Below, one piece after another: positions 39,928 to 50,598 of a stretch of DNA of 64,000 nucleotides. Every line of letters starts with the position of its first letter. Within the stretch, counting starts at the first letter, position 1. Below the pieces are notes generated by a model. It was not told the DNA's origin. It did not search any database and saw only the letters and a list, made by a program, of their open reading frames with translations. The DNA lies in the IMG/VR virus record IMGVR_UViG_3300038345_000144, one strand, 5' to 3'. This DNA is from a virus. Its lineage: Duplodnaviria; Caudoviricetes. The translations under genes were made by a program, and so were the position numbers.

Positions 39928-40386
39928 TTAGTCTGCTGGATAGAACTTTTCAGACACAATTGCGTCTGCAAGGGCATCAATTTCCTTATTAGTTTGCTCT
40001 ACAAACTTCTCTAATTCTGCCCTTCTGTACTCTTGAAATATCTTTTTAGCAAGGTCATCGTCTCTCTTGTCAAGTAAAACAAGAAACTTACCGTCAACTA
40101 CGGTATTGAACATTATAGGGAGACCAATATACCCACTACTGATTAAGTGGGCGATATGAACTATCTTTTCAGGGTCGTCCTGTGGATGTTGTCTAATATG
40201 CTTATATGTATAGCCACCATCAATCTGATTGGGATATACATAACAATACTCGTCAAATATCAGACAGGGCTTTTCAGGTACATAATAGTAGTAATAACAC
40301 TTCTGATTATGCTGTTTTGCAACTTCGGCAATTAAATTACCGTAATTATGGTTATACGCAATATTTTCAAGGTCTGAAAAAGTCAT
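39928..40386 (-). CDS. hypothetical protein, paralog of 35120-35518
   Basis: Start MTFSDL after AAGGAG. Confidence 0.65.
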   Translation of the reverse strand: MTFSDLENIAYNHNYGNLIAEVAKQHNQKCYYYYYVPEKPCLIFDEYCYVYPNQIDGGYTYKHIRQHPQDDPEKIVHIAHLISSGYIGLPIMFNTVVDGKFLVLLDKRDDDLAKKIFQEYRRAELEKFVEQTNKEIDALADAIVSEKFYPAD

Positions 40387-40562
40387 TTTTGTATCTCCTT
40401 TAATCTTTCCATATAAGACGGTGGATTTTCCTTCCACCATTTGAGATAGGCATAATACGCTCCTGTATAATTCCAATTTGCCTTCTTGAAACAGGCTCTT
40501 AAAACAGAATATTTGGCTCCCGTGATTTCTTTTAATTCGTTAATGTCTTTATTTCTACTCAT
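40383..40562 (-). CDS. small UBA/EF-Ts-N-like helical protein
   Basis: INELKEITGA....RACFKKANWNYTGA resembles the EF-Ts N-terminal IKELRE.TGA..CKKAL....D...A. Confidence 0.45.
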   Translation of the reverse strand: MSRNKDINELKEITGAKYSVLRACFKKANWNYTGAYYAYLKWWKENPPSYMERLKEIQK

Positions 40563-40577
40563 ACATACCTTTCTTTT

Positions 40578-40659
40578 AGAAAAAACCCTCATCCAAATAG
40601 GTAATATTCAGATGAGGGGGTTGCCAATATGAAAGTCGCTATATTTACCGAAGTAAACA
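40578..40659 (-). ncRNA. putative antisense sRNA S5 (anti-MKVAIFTE)
   Basis: TTTACA-18-TAAAAT promoter with extended TG (40665-40694); terminator 40586-40618 + U-tract; lies between two terminators. Confidence 0.6.
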
Positions 40660-40755
40660 GTATTATTTTATCATATTATTTTATTTCTTGTAAAGTAAGT
40701 CAATAAAAAATCCTCCACCTATTGAATAGATGAAGGATATAGTTAGTTGTTTTAT

Positions 40756-41388
40756 TTAGGTAGTCATTACATCTTGTACCAATCTTTGATATGGATAAGG
40801 GCATAAATTTGCGTCAACCGTTGAGCAAACCTGTGTAATAGGTATGTTCAGGTCGTTGATACATATTTTGACCAGCCACACATATATCTCATAATCATCC
40901 TTAATCAACTGATATACTGCCTGCTTCCATAGGGAGTTTTTAGCACTATATACAGTTTCAAGGAGGTGTTGGTCGCTTAAATCAAACAGATTATTTATAT
41001 CACGGGTTATAAACGCTATGCCTACATTATACTGTTGACGCTGATACTCCAAAGCAATCTTAATATGTAAAATAAGATGCTCCAGCAGATTACAATACAC
41101 CAGATTTTCTGCCTTTTGAGCATTTTCTATATCTGGGTATTTTTGGGGATAATCACACATCGACAGATATGTGTTGGGGGTTGATAAGTCTATAAAATAG
41201 CACTCGTATATATGATGTATATACAATCCCTCGCTACCACGGGTTATTCCTGAAGTCTTGGCTAATTTGCCCTTTTTATTGAAATAAAAATAGTCTTTAG
41301 GAACGGCTCCGTACTTTGCCTTTAGGGTATCTACATACTCGTCATAAGTCATTTCATATAAAATATGATTAACTTCGGCTTCCGTCAT
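40756..41388 (-). CDS. putative HNH endonuclease-like protein
   Basis: IHHI...ENLVYCNLLEHLILH. Confidence 0.55.
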   Translation of the reverse strand: MTEAEVNHILYEMTYDEYVDTLKAKYGAVPKDYFYFNKKGKLAKTSGITRGSEGLYIHHIYECYFIDLSTPNTYLSMCDYPQKYPDIENAQKAENLVYCNLLEHLILHIKIALEYQRQQYNVGIAFITRDINNLFDLSDQHLLETVYSAKNSLWKQAVYQLIKDDYEIYVWLVKICINDLNIPITQVCSTVDANLCPYPYQRLVQDVMTT

Positions 41389-43189
41389 AGAGGCTCCTCG
41401 AAGTCATCACATTTCATATCAATTGTCTCGGTTTCAAGCGTTCCCAGAAAACGACCACAATTCTCGGATGCTCCATTATCACATACGAGTTGGTCAACAA
41501 GGGAAGGGTCATCCTCGGCATACTTATCGCCTGCCTCTACCAGCCAGCACCATTGACACTCTCGGCAATCATTCGTCTTATAGCCACCGCAGTCTAATAC
41601 GATAGGAAGGAGCATCTGCTTTACTCTCATTCTTCTTTCTTTTCCAGTAGGATTGGGCTTGTCATTTACCCACTCCAAACAATCCTCATAGGGCAAATCA
41701 TAAACAAGACTTGCAAGATAGGAATACAGGTCCTTGTTCTCTACCTCATCAGGCTCAAAGCCCTTAAAAATCTTTTCAACTCTGTCCAGTAATTTTACAT
41801 TGTACTTCATTATAACATCCTTTCGTTAACTAATTTCTTTGACTAAATCTTTGACTAAATAGCCTATTCTTTGACTAATTATTAACTTAATGCCTACCAT
41901 CTTCCTTAAATAATTCATCTATGGTCTTTTGCTTGGCACTAACACTGCCCACCAAAAATCTTATCAAGTTCTTCGTTCAATAACCTTCTATATTCATCTA
42001 CGGAGATACCCAAAGAGGTACTTCCTTCTTGAATATAATAAAAAAGTCTCTTGGCTGTGTGTTCGGGAGACTTGTCAGGAATTCCTGAAGTACACCCCCT
42101 AATACCGCCGTTCTTATAGTCGGCACACAAATTAGTTTTTTCACAATCTTCGCATAAAGGCATTATTCTTTACTCCCTATCATCTTTGTTCCGCAATTAC
42201 AATACGGATAATCTGCTAATGTTTCATTATCTTCAGGGTCGTCTATAAAGAGAGGAACTCTTATCATTCGACCACAATTAGAACAAGTGTAAAAACAACC
42301 GTCAAGGTCTCTTCGCTGAATTTCCCAGTAACCTGTCTTTTGAAACCTGTCAATAACTGCCTGACAGAACTCTACCATAGGCTCAAAATCCGACTTAAAT
42401 TCTTCTTTAAGTCCCTCGGCTATCTTGATTACTTCTTCATCAGTCATTTGCTTCCTGACACAACCTTTCAATGCGTTCTGCCTCTTCTCTTGAGATACCC
42501 CAACCATTGTACTTTCTATGACAATCCTCGCAAGGGTTATATCCATTCTCGTCTTCAAGAGGTTCGTGGTTATTGTTCCTGCAATTATCACAATACATAT
42601 AGTTCAATTCTCTATAAATAATATCTGCTATCTTACCCATAAAATTACTCCCTTATATCATCAATCTCATTATTGGGTTCTACCTCTGTTTCCCTCTTAT
42701 AAGGTGCGTTCCACCAACTTTTTGTTACTCTATGAACCATTCCACCTAACGAATAATCGAGGGTTTGCTCACTTTCTCCCCACATTTTGACTTCGGGAAA
42801 CATAGCCTTTACCATATCTCCATTTGTTGGGTTTTCGGGGATTGTGAGCACTGTTTCTGCTTCTCTAATCTTTGCACTTCTTCCAACACATTCCCTATAA
42901 TTGCGGCTATCTGTCGGATAAACATAGATGTTCTCATACTCAATTTTATTTGCATCAATCAATCTTTGTTCTGCCATTATCTTAATCCTCCTTAACCATC
43001 TACAACTTCAAAACTTGCAAAATTTCCTGGGTTTAGGCAAATAAGATTGCCTGTTTCAGCATCGTGTAGTCTTAAAAAGGTTTCATTTCCCCTGAAAATA
43101 TTATATACGGAATTTTCTATATCACCACGACCCTCGACTACCTTATAAGTTTTATCTAAATATGGATTTGTTACTACGATTGTTGTCAT
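41385..43189 (-). CDS. six small phage-like ORFs, several Cys-rich (41385-41810, 41939-42163, 42163-42447, 42440-42640, 42645-42977, 42992-43189)
   Basis: Packed with SDs; RLIDA and CxxC motifs typical of phage early regions. Confidence 0.55.
41836..41878. repeat. 3 x TCTTTGACTAA
   Basis: Copies at 41836, 41848, 41868. Confidence 0.8.
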
Positions 43190-43274
43190 TTTATTTCTGC
43201 TCCTTTTCTACAACAATTTATCATAGAATATCACATTAACTAAATATTTGGCAAGAGTAGAACAAAAAATATTT

Positions 43275-43505
43275 CGGACAAAAATACGGACATCACACGG
43301 ACAGTATTCGGACAGACACGGACAATTCGGACAGGAGCCGACAAATCACTTAAAGTGTCACTTAAAACTTCATATTTGATGTTTTATTTCACAAGGGGTT
43401 TGAACGGGTACTTTAAGTAGCACTTAAAAGTCACATCTGGGTCGCATATCGGTATTATTTCAGTCGTATATCGGTCAAATCGGTTGTATTTCGGTCATAT
43501 CGGTC
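43275..43505. repeat. composite repeat region: 7 x C(G/C)GACA, CACTTAAA repeats, 6 x TC(G/A)GT, 9-12-bp period
   Basis: CGGACA at 43275, 43287, 43298, 43309, 43319, 43328 (variant 43338); TCGGT at 43449, 43471, 43480, 43491, 43500 (variant 43460). Confidence 0.8.
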
Positions 43506-43555
43506 AAAAATAAGCACCCGTTTCATTAAAAACGAGTGCTTTTGCTTATGAGTTA

Positions 43556-44383
43556 TTATGAGTGATATTTTTCCCATATTTCAGGGGACATCCACGGCTG
43601 ATGCAACTGTGGGTTGGCACTTATGATTACTACTAATCCGTTTTCAACCTTGATGTAACAGCCCCATAAAGTACCGCCCCATTCTTGATTTTCGGTTACA
43701 TCTCTTATGTATTCTTGAATGTTGTTATACTTAAAAGGACTTTCATATAGTTTGTTATTCCCATCAAGATAGTTGACATTAGGGTATTCCTGTCCAAATA
43801 CTTCTGCATCACTAAACACTTCTATATTAGGAGCAAATGACAAATGATAATTACTAATAATAGGATATGAATAAATCACATCATAATCACCCCAAAGATA
43901 GTAATATCCTTTGGCTTGTTTTTGTAAAAATCCGTTATCTCCACAGTTAGATAACCAATCATTTCCTTCATATACAACATATTTTTCATTATCAGTATCA
44001 GTAGAAAAATATATAGTATCTCCAACTTGTAAATTGTTATATTCTTCTTCGGATAATCGCCAATACCCACTAACACTAAACATAGCACCTGAACAGTCCT
44101 CATCAAAAGAAGAAATATTAGCAAAATACTCCCCATCAGGAAGAACTCCGTTAAACTCTATCTGTTGTAGCGTTAATACGGGGTTATGCTCGGTTGTTTC
44201 TGTTGTAGTAGTTTCTTCTGTTGAGGTTTCCGTTGTTTCTTCGTCCATAGGCATAGGCTCTGTGGTTATTTCAGAAGATACTTCAATAGTAGTTTCTTCC
44301 GTAGTGGTTTCAACTGGAGCATTAGCCATACAACCCGTTAAAAGTGTAGCCGTGAGAAGTATAGGTAATACTTTGCGTTTCAT
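43556..44383 (-). CDS. lipoprotein with Thr/Glu-rich linker
   Basis: LTGC lipobox. Confidence 0.7.
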   Translation of the reverse strand: MKRKVLPILLTATLLTGCMANAPVETTTEETTIEVSSEITTEPMPMDEETTETSTEETTTTETTEHNPVLTLQQIEFNGVLPDGEYFANISSFDEDCSGAMFSVSGYWRLSEEEYNNLQVGDTIYFSTDTDNEKYVVYEGNDWLSNCGDNGFLQKQAKGYYYLWGDYDVIYSYPIISNYHLSFAPNIEVFSDAEVFGQEYPNVNYLDGNNKLYESPFKYNNIQEYIRDVTENQEWGGTLWGCYIKVENGLVVIISANPQLHQPWMSPEIWEKYHS

Positions 44384-45719
44384 TATGTTTTCCCCTTGAT
44401 ATATAAACTATAAAAGGTTCTAAAATCCCCCTTAAAAAAGGCATTTGCTTTGTGCATTAACTCTAAATAATTTGTTTTCACATATTCATATCGAGATGGT
44501 TCATTAGTAAGTGCTGTAAACTTGGTATCAGCTAATAACAGGGCTTTTAATTGATTACGGTTTTCTTCAAGTTCTTTTTGTCTTTGTTCCCGCTTTTGTT
44601 GGTAGTCTAATTCTTCTTGTTCATTAAGATATTCACCAATTTCATCATTAACTGTTTCCAAATCTTCGTCTATATATTCAACACCTACTAATATGCCATC
44701 AATAGAACAAAGTAAGATAACATCCCAAATCATTCCATTATATTCAGCATATTTTTCGATTTCGGCACTATAAATAGTATCAGTTATCATAAACAGCGTT
44801 TTAGTGTTTTGGTTTGCTATGTCAATGAAATCATCCAGTTCCATTTTGGTATAAACAACTCTATCCATCAGGGCGGTATTATATTCAGTAATCTCAATAA
44901 TGTTTCCCTTAAATTTGGTTTGTAATAGTTCTAAATCAGGTATTTTCATTATTATTTCCTCCTGTATTTTCTTCTGTTTGTGGATAGGCTTTCAAAACAC
45001 CATATTCAAGTCCATCTCGTATATCGTGAACATCAGCAAAGAAACTTAAAATGGTATATGCAAAAAGCGTGTATAAATAGCACACAATTACATATATAAT
45101 AGGCAACGCCACCATAAGCACTAATGAAAGTGCCGCCATTGAAGGCTGTCGGTGTTGAGCGTAATATACCAAACGGGATATTTCATAGATTATAGAACCT
45201 AATGCTCCAAATGAGGCATTAACAACAAACAATGCTTTTAATACCTTTTGTAGTTTTTCTGACGGGTTATTAAATAAATTATCTAACATCGTGTTTCTCC
45301 TTCTTCATTTATTTTTCCTTTGGTTTAGACATCTCCCGCAATTTCATCTCCAAGCAGAATAATAGACATTCTATTTCTATTCTATAATCATAGTAATAAT
45401 CTGTCTCACGGGTAACTTCATCTATGATGTCTTGAGTTGGTCCATTTTTTGTACCGCAGGGCTTTCCACCAACCATAAGCGTAAATGGTGGGGTCATACC
45501 TGGTCCTGATAGCCACGGTTTGCCATTATATTCCCTAATTTGATACCACTCATCACCTATTTTAATGTGGTGCAAACAGGCAAACTCAAGGTTAGTCTGC
45601 TTAATATGAGCCTCATAACTGTCAAATTCCTTTATCTTTTCAATTAAAAGGTCTTTGAGTTCGGTATGTTCCATCTGTGAGTATTTATCAAGTAATTTCT
45701 GTATTTCAGTTCTGTTCAT
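44383..45719 (-). CDS. three hypothetical ORFs (44383-44949, 44936-45289 two-TM, 45309-45719)
   Basis: Packed ORFs with SDs. Confidence 0.55.
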
Positions 45720-45766
45720 AGTAATATTTCCCTTTACATCTAAATAACAACGGGGGTTACTTCACT

Positions 45767-46411
45767 TTATTGTGGGGTAGCGGGCATAGGTACAGATAAC
45801 AGATAATTCTGTAAATCATCTGAATTGTAGGCAAAATACAATCTCTGGAACTCAATATTATTCTTCGGGTCTTCAAAGGAAACAAAAGTAATGCTATTTG
45901 CCTCAAATTGAGTATCTGTAACCTCTAAACTGCTCTCATCAACAAATATCTGCCAGTTGCTAAATATACTGGTAGCCTGATTTAGTGTACTTTGCCACTC
46001 TTCAGGGGATATATAAGCCTCTGTGCCTTCTTTTTCTATGGAACTACGAACATACTTCTGCTCATCAGCCAAATTTCCTTCTTCATCATAAGTCTGAACG
46101 AGTTTGGTCAGGTCATAACTACATACGCCTGTTATATCCGAGTATAGATAGACAAAATACCAAGTAGTTACTGTACTATTTGTAGAGTCAGTACGGGCAG
46201 TATGCTCAATGGTCAACTGATAGTGTTGAGGGATTTTATTAGGGTTAAAAGTAATATCTGCCCTATCTGCTGGCGGGTCAGGTAAAGTAGGTTCTGTTGT
46301 AGTCTCTGAAGTAGTGGCTACCGTAGTAGGACCCACGATGGTCTTATTACTACAACCAACTAACCCAAATAACAGGGTAGTTACAAGCAAAATCGGTATA
46401 AATTTCCGCAT
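45767..46411 (-). CDS. lipoprotein
   Basis: MRKFIP..LVGC lipobox. Confidence 0.7.
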   Translation of the reverse strand: MRKFIPILLVTTLLFGLVGCSNKTIVGPTTVATTSETTTEPTLPDPPADRADITFNPNKIPQHYQLTIEHTARTDSTNSTVTTWYFVYLYSDITGVCSYDLTKLVQTYDEEGNLADEQKYVRSSIEKEGTEAYISPEEWQSTLNQATSIFSNWQIFVDESSLEVTDTQFEANSITFVSFEDPKNNIEFQRLYFAYNSDDLQNYLLSVPMPATPQ

Positions 46412-46473
46412 ATAATTATTCCTTTCAGGGTTTAGCATTTGCTATCATATCATAGAATTATTCTATCTTGTCG

Positions 46474-47109
46474 TTAATCGCCCCCGAAAATCATATTCTC
46501 ATCATTATTATCTGGGGGAACATCAGTATCTTCATTAAGTCCGATTGTACCACTCATTGGGGTAAGAGGCTGAAAACTACATAAAGTAGTATTACCCAGT
46601 ATCATACCTGTAAAATCAGTTTGATGAATAATCGGGTGAACAATCCAGTTTCTACCGTCGCCTGCATACACATTACACAATTTTGTACCAATCATATTAT
46701 TGTGTATAAATGTAGTATGCTCCATAACTGCATCAGTAAAATCGGCACTTGTAAGACAACCACACATAAAATAAACCCTATCTAATCGGCTATGATGAAA
46801 CGTAGCGTGGTTAAAATCAGCCCAAGTACAGTCGCAACCCTCAATTACTGAATAATTAAGATTGCACTTCTCAAATTTAGCATAGGCTAAAATAGTATCT
46901 TCAAAAGTAGCCCCGTGTAAATCACAATCAGTAAAATTGGAACGGGATATATCACAATGTTTGAAGGTAATTTGAGATAGATTTCTTCCTGAAAAGTCCA
47001 GTTCATACATAACCTCATTTTCAAGAACTACCTTATTACCCTCGGTCCATTCGGATTTAGTCCATACTTCGTGTGCATCTAAAATAGTGTTTAATTCTTC
47101 TTGGGTCAT
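46474..47109 (-). CDS. pentapeptide repeat protein
   Basis: EL..IL..H..W N-terminus and pentapeptide tract. Confidence 0.85.
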   Translation of the reverse strand: MTQEELNTILDAHEVWTKSEWTEGNKVVLENEVMYELDFSGRNLSQITFKHCDISRSNFTDCDLHGATFEDTILAYAKFEKCNLNYSVIEGCDCTWADFNHATFHHSRLDRVYFMCGCLTSADFTDAVMEHTTFIHNNMIGTKLCNVYAGDGRNWIVHPIIHQTDFTGMILGNTTLCSFQPLTPMSGTIGLNEDTDVPPDNNDENMIFGGD

Positions 47110-50100
47110 TAGTCCCCTCCTCTTTCATCAAAAATTACTTTCAAGTCATTAAATTGTCTCTCCCAGTCGTCAATATTCTCGGCTTTAATTGTCGCATAAT
47201 CATAATCATCAGGCTTAACCATAACTTTCCAAGTAATATCCTTCAGGGAGTAGTGATATTCCTCACAATAATTCTCTATTGCTTCTCTGATACCAAACCA
47301 ATACCCACCATCTTCAGATGTGTGGGCAATTCGGAGTTGTTTGGCTTTGTTCATTATTCCCTTGCGTTCAAAAAACTTATCAACATAGGGATATACAAAT
47401 CGTACCATTTCGCTCATAAAATATTCCTTTTCAGTGTAATCACCAAGTTCCATCTTTCTTTATCCAAAGACTAAAATGATTAGTAATAGCCCGTGGGTCA
47501 GACTCGACCAGTTTAACCCGCTTTCTATCTTCTTCAGATAATGCCTTATCAAGCAAATTGTTGTAGTTAGCCTCTAATACAGCGTTCTTTGTGGCTATAC
47601 CTAATTCATAGCCCTCAACGCCCTCGGTTCCTATAATATGACAATAATAAAAATCATCGTTATCATTATTGTTAATATATAAACCCATATTAGGGCTGAT
47701 ATTAGATAAAGCAGACTGAATGGAGTGTAAAATATTTACTAACTCTTTATTATATTCTCCACCAGTTTGAAGTTGACCTTTAGATAAATCCATAATTACC
47801 TCGTTATATTATACTCAATACCTTCAGGCTGTTTCTTCCACATTTCAATACAAATATCGTCAAACGAGTAAAGGTCATATCTGATGCAGTAATAATACAG
47901 GCAGTCAATTATACCGTACTCGCCAAATCGGAGGTTCATCTTCTTATCGAAGTCCTCATCTGTATAAGAGGTCAAACCATCAAGCCAGCGTCTTGCCAAC
48001 AGCATAGAGTTACGGGCATATTTCTTGGAGTAAATCTCTCCAGAAACGCTGGTAAATCTGGTTGAAATCTTAACCCTCATAGGAGAGCGAGCCTGAAAAA
48101 TACAGGTAACTTCACCCATAACTCCATTATGCTCCTGCAATTCCTTAAAGGTAATAGTGGTCTTGTCCTTATATTTATTGAACTCGACCTTTTCCTTCAT
48201 ATTCATAAAGTCCTTAATCTTGGTATTAGCGGATATAACGAAACCGTCAACCTCGATAGTACCCTTCTTATCATCCATCTTTATCATAAATTACCCACCT
48301 TTATAAATTTGAGCAACCATACTACGCAGTATGTTTCTAACATCTTCGGTATTTCCAGTAATCAGGCTCATAACTGCCCAGTCACAGAAAACACAAAGAA
48401 CAGGCACGATTATGCCACAAATAATGCCAGTAATCAGAGCCATCTTATCTCGTTCTTTAGCACCAATAATGATGGTGGCTATTGCACAGATTATCAAAAA
48501 TACGGTTAAGTACACAAATATAGGCTTTGCTATATCAAAAATACCTCCGAGAGACGGATATTCAGTAATACCGTTACCCTCTAAAGGTACTTCAATCTGT
48601 AAGTTATTATTTGTCTGGTAAAAAGTATAGCCGTACCCCACTTCTGATAGCACCAAGAAGATAAAAGAGGTTACGGCGATAATAATAGTGAATATACTCG
48701 CTTGTTTAGATAGTTTCATTAGTAATAAATTCCCTTCAAAAATAAATCATTCGTATAAATGCTTGTGTTCAGGTTCCACATACCTCATCTGCGGAATTAG
48801 TCCTATGTATAAGGTTAGGGCAACTCTGTTATTCCATTCCCATATGATACTCCATAAATCAGCCGTTTCTTTTACGGTCTCATCATTGATTTTCAAAGTA
48901 AAGACCTGATATATTGTATCATAAAATAGGGCAATACTGAAAGTGTTGTTCTTAACTGAAAATGTCCAGCCGTCTTGTTGGACAATAATTGACCCCTGAT
49001 TTTCGAAAAACTGGTTAAATAACTCATCTTCGGTCAAGGAATTAGTCTTATTCCTGAACCGTACCCAATTCTCGATATAGGGGTCTAAAGACTCCAAATA
49101 CTCTAAAATATCTTTGGAGTTACATACAACGATTTCTTTTTCCATATAAATAAGTTCCTTTCAAAACGAGGACATTACTGGTGGAACTGAATTACTCCCT
49201 TAATTTCATCAACAATAGCCTCAATTTGGTTTAATGATACCGCATCGGTGTTTTCTTCAAACTTATCTTCACCTAACGGGCAAGTAGCCAAGAGAATTCC
49301 CTCTTTTAACGGGAAATATACTTCTTCTACATTACCGCCAGTAGCCAAAGCCTTTGTGATTGCATTAAATCCAATCAACTTTATCTGCTGGTAAGTAGTA
49401 TCTGTTCTTGGCTTGAGGTTAAGTTGCAGATTGTCCGTAATGGACACAGCCAACATATCCTCCATAATTCTTGTTTTTGGGGCAATATCCTTAATTTCGC
49501 CCTCAATTAACTCATATAGTTGAGTAACTTTTTGATACATATGTGTCGGGGTCTCCTTCTTTCATATAATATAAGATTAGCGGTTTTTCCCTGCTAACAT
49601 TATAGATTATATGATATTATCATATAAATTTCCTGTCAAATCTTTTTAATTTGTTGCAGGAAACAGTGTATCGGTATCTCTTGTATCGTTAATGAGATTT
49701 CTGATAGCGTCTGAAGGATTAGAATACTGCTTTAAGTAGTTTATAACACTTGTAGTACGGGGTTGAAGAACTTTTTGAATAATGAAAGTATCTTTCAACT
49801 CCTGACAACTGGCACTCTGGTCATCAATAGTGATTTTGAGCATACCAAATCTCTTTGCCATTTCGATTGCAAAAGTCATATCAACTATGTCTGCGGTGTC
49901 AAAAGCGTCTGGGAATACCTTTAAGAGAAGGTTTCCACACCAATCGCCAAATCCCTCGCCTTCCTGAAATTCCTGAAAATCTCTTTCTGTTAAATACATA
50001 AATACCTCACGACTTAATAAATTTTTTTGGTTGGTTCAGGCTGTCTATCAGGATTAAATATCCGTCACCAAACTCATATTTGAATTCCTGTAAGCCTGTC

Positions 50101-50589
50101 CTGTCTTCGACATATAACTTGTCGTCCTTAAAATAATAGGTAGTTGAGGCATAAAAACAGCCACACATCTCACCTTTTATAAAACTTGTTCGATTACCAA
50201 CGCCATTAGGGTCAAAAGTATAAGTTTCCCCGTGGCATTGGGTATCAAACGACCAAGTACCGATTATTTTGTCCTCAATCTTGTTCATTTTCTTACCTCA
50301 CGGGGAAACCTTAATCATACTTTAGGAACTCTGACTGAAAGACTATCTTTCCAGCCTTGTTCTTAATCCATTTAATCTTTTTGAGATGTTCGATACGCAC
50401 GGCTCCTGACTCCTCATCAAAATCTCGTTTCCAATCAGAAAATTCCGAGTAAGTCTTCATAGACACACAACTGCGGTATGCCGCCCACATAGCCTCTAAC
50501 GGAGAACCCGCAACTACCTCGATAATCTCTTTTTTCCCATTAACAACTTTACACACTTCATAGGGAATTCTAATGTTTAATTGCATCAT
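47109..50589 (-). CDS. nine small hypothetical ORFs (47109-47453, 47440-47793, 47796-48287, 48291-48719 membrane, 48747-49145, 49175-49540, 49646-49999, 50007-50288, 50311-50589)
   Basis: Packed ORFs; 50007 resembles the lipocalin-like IIGTW..YTF family. Confidence 0.5.
49607..49627. promoter_or_regulatory. perfect palindrome TTATATGATA-T-TATCATATAA, putative operator
   Basis: 10-bp arms just downstream of a minus-strand TTGACA (49634-49639), in the -10 region. Confidence 0.5.
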
Positions 50590-50598
50590 ATTCCCCCT

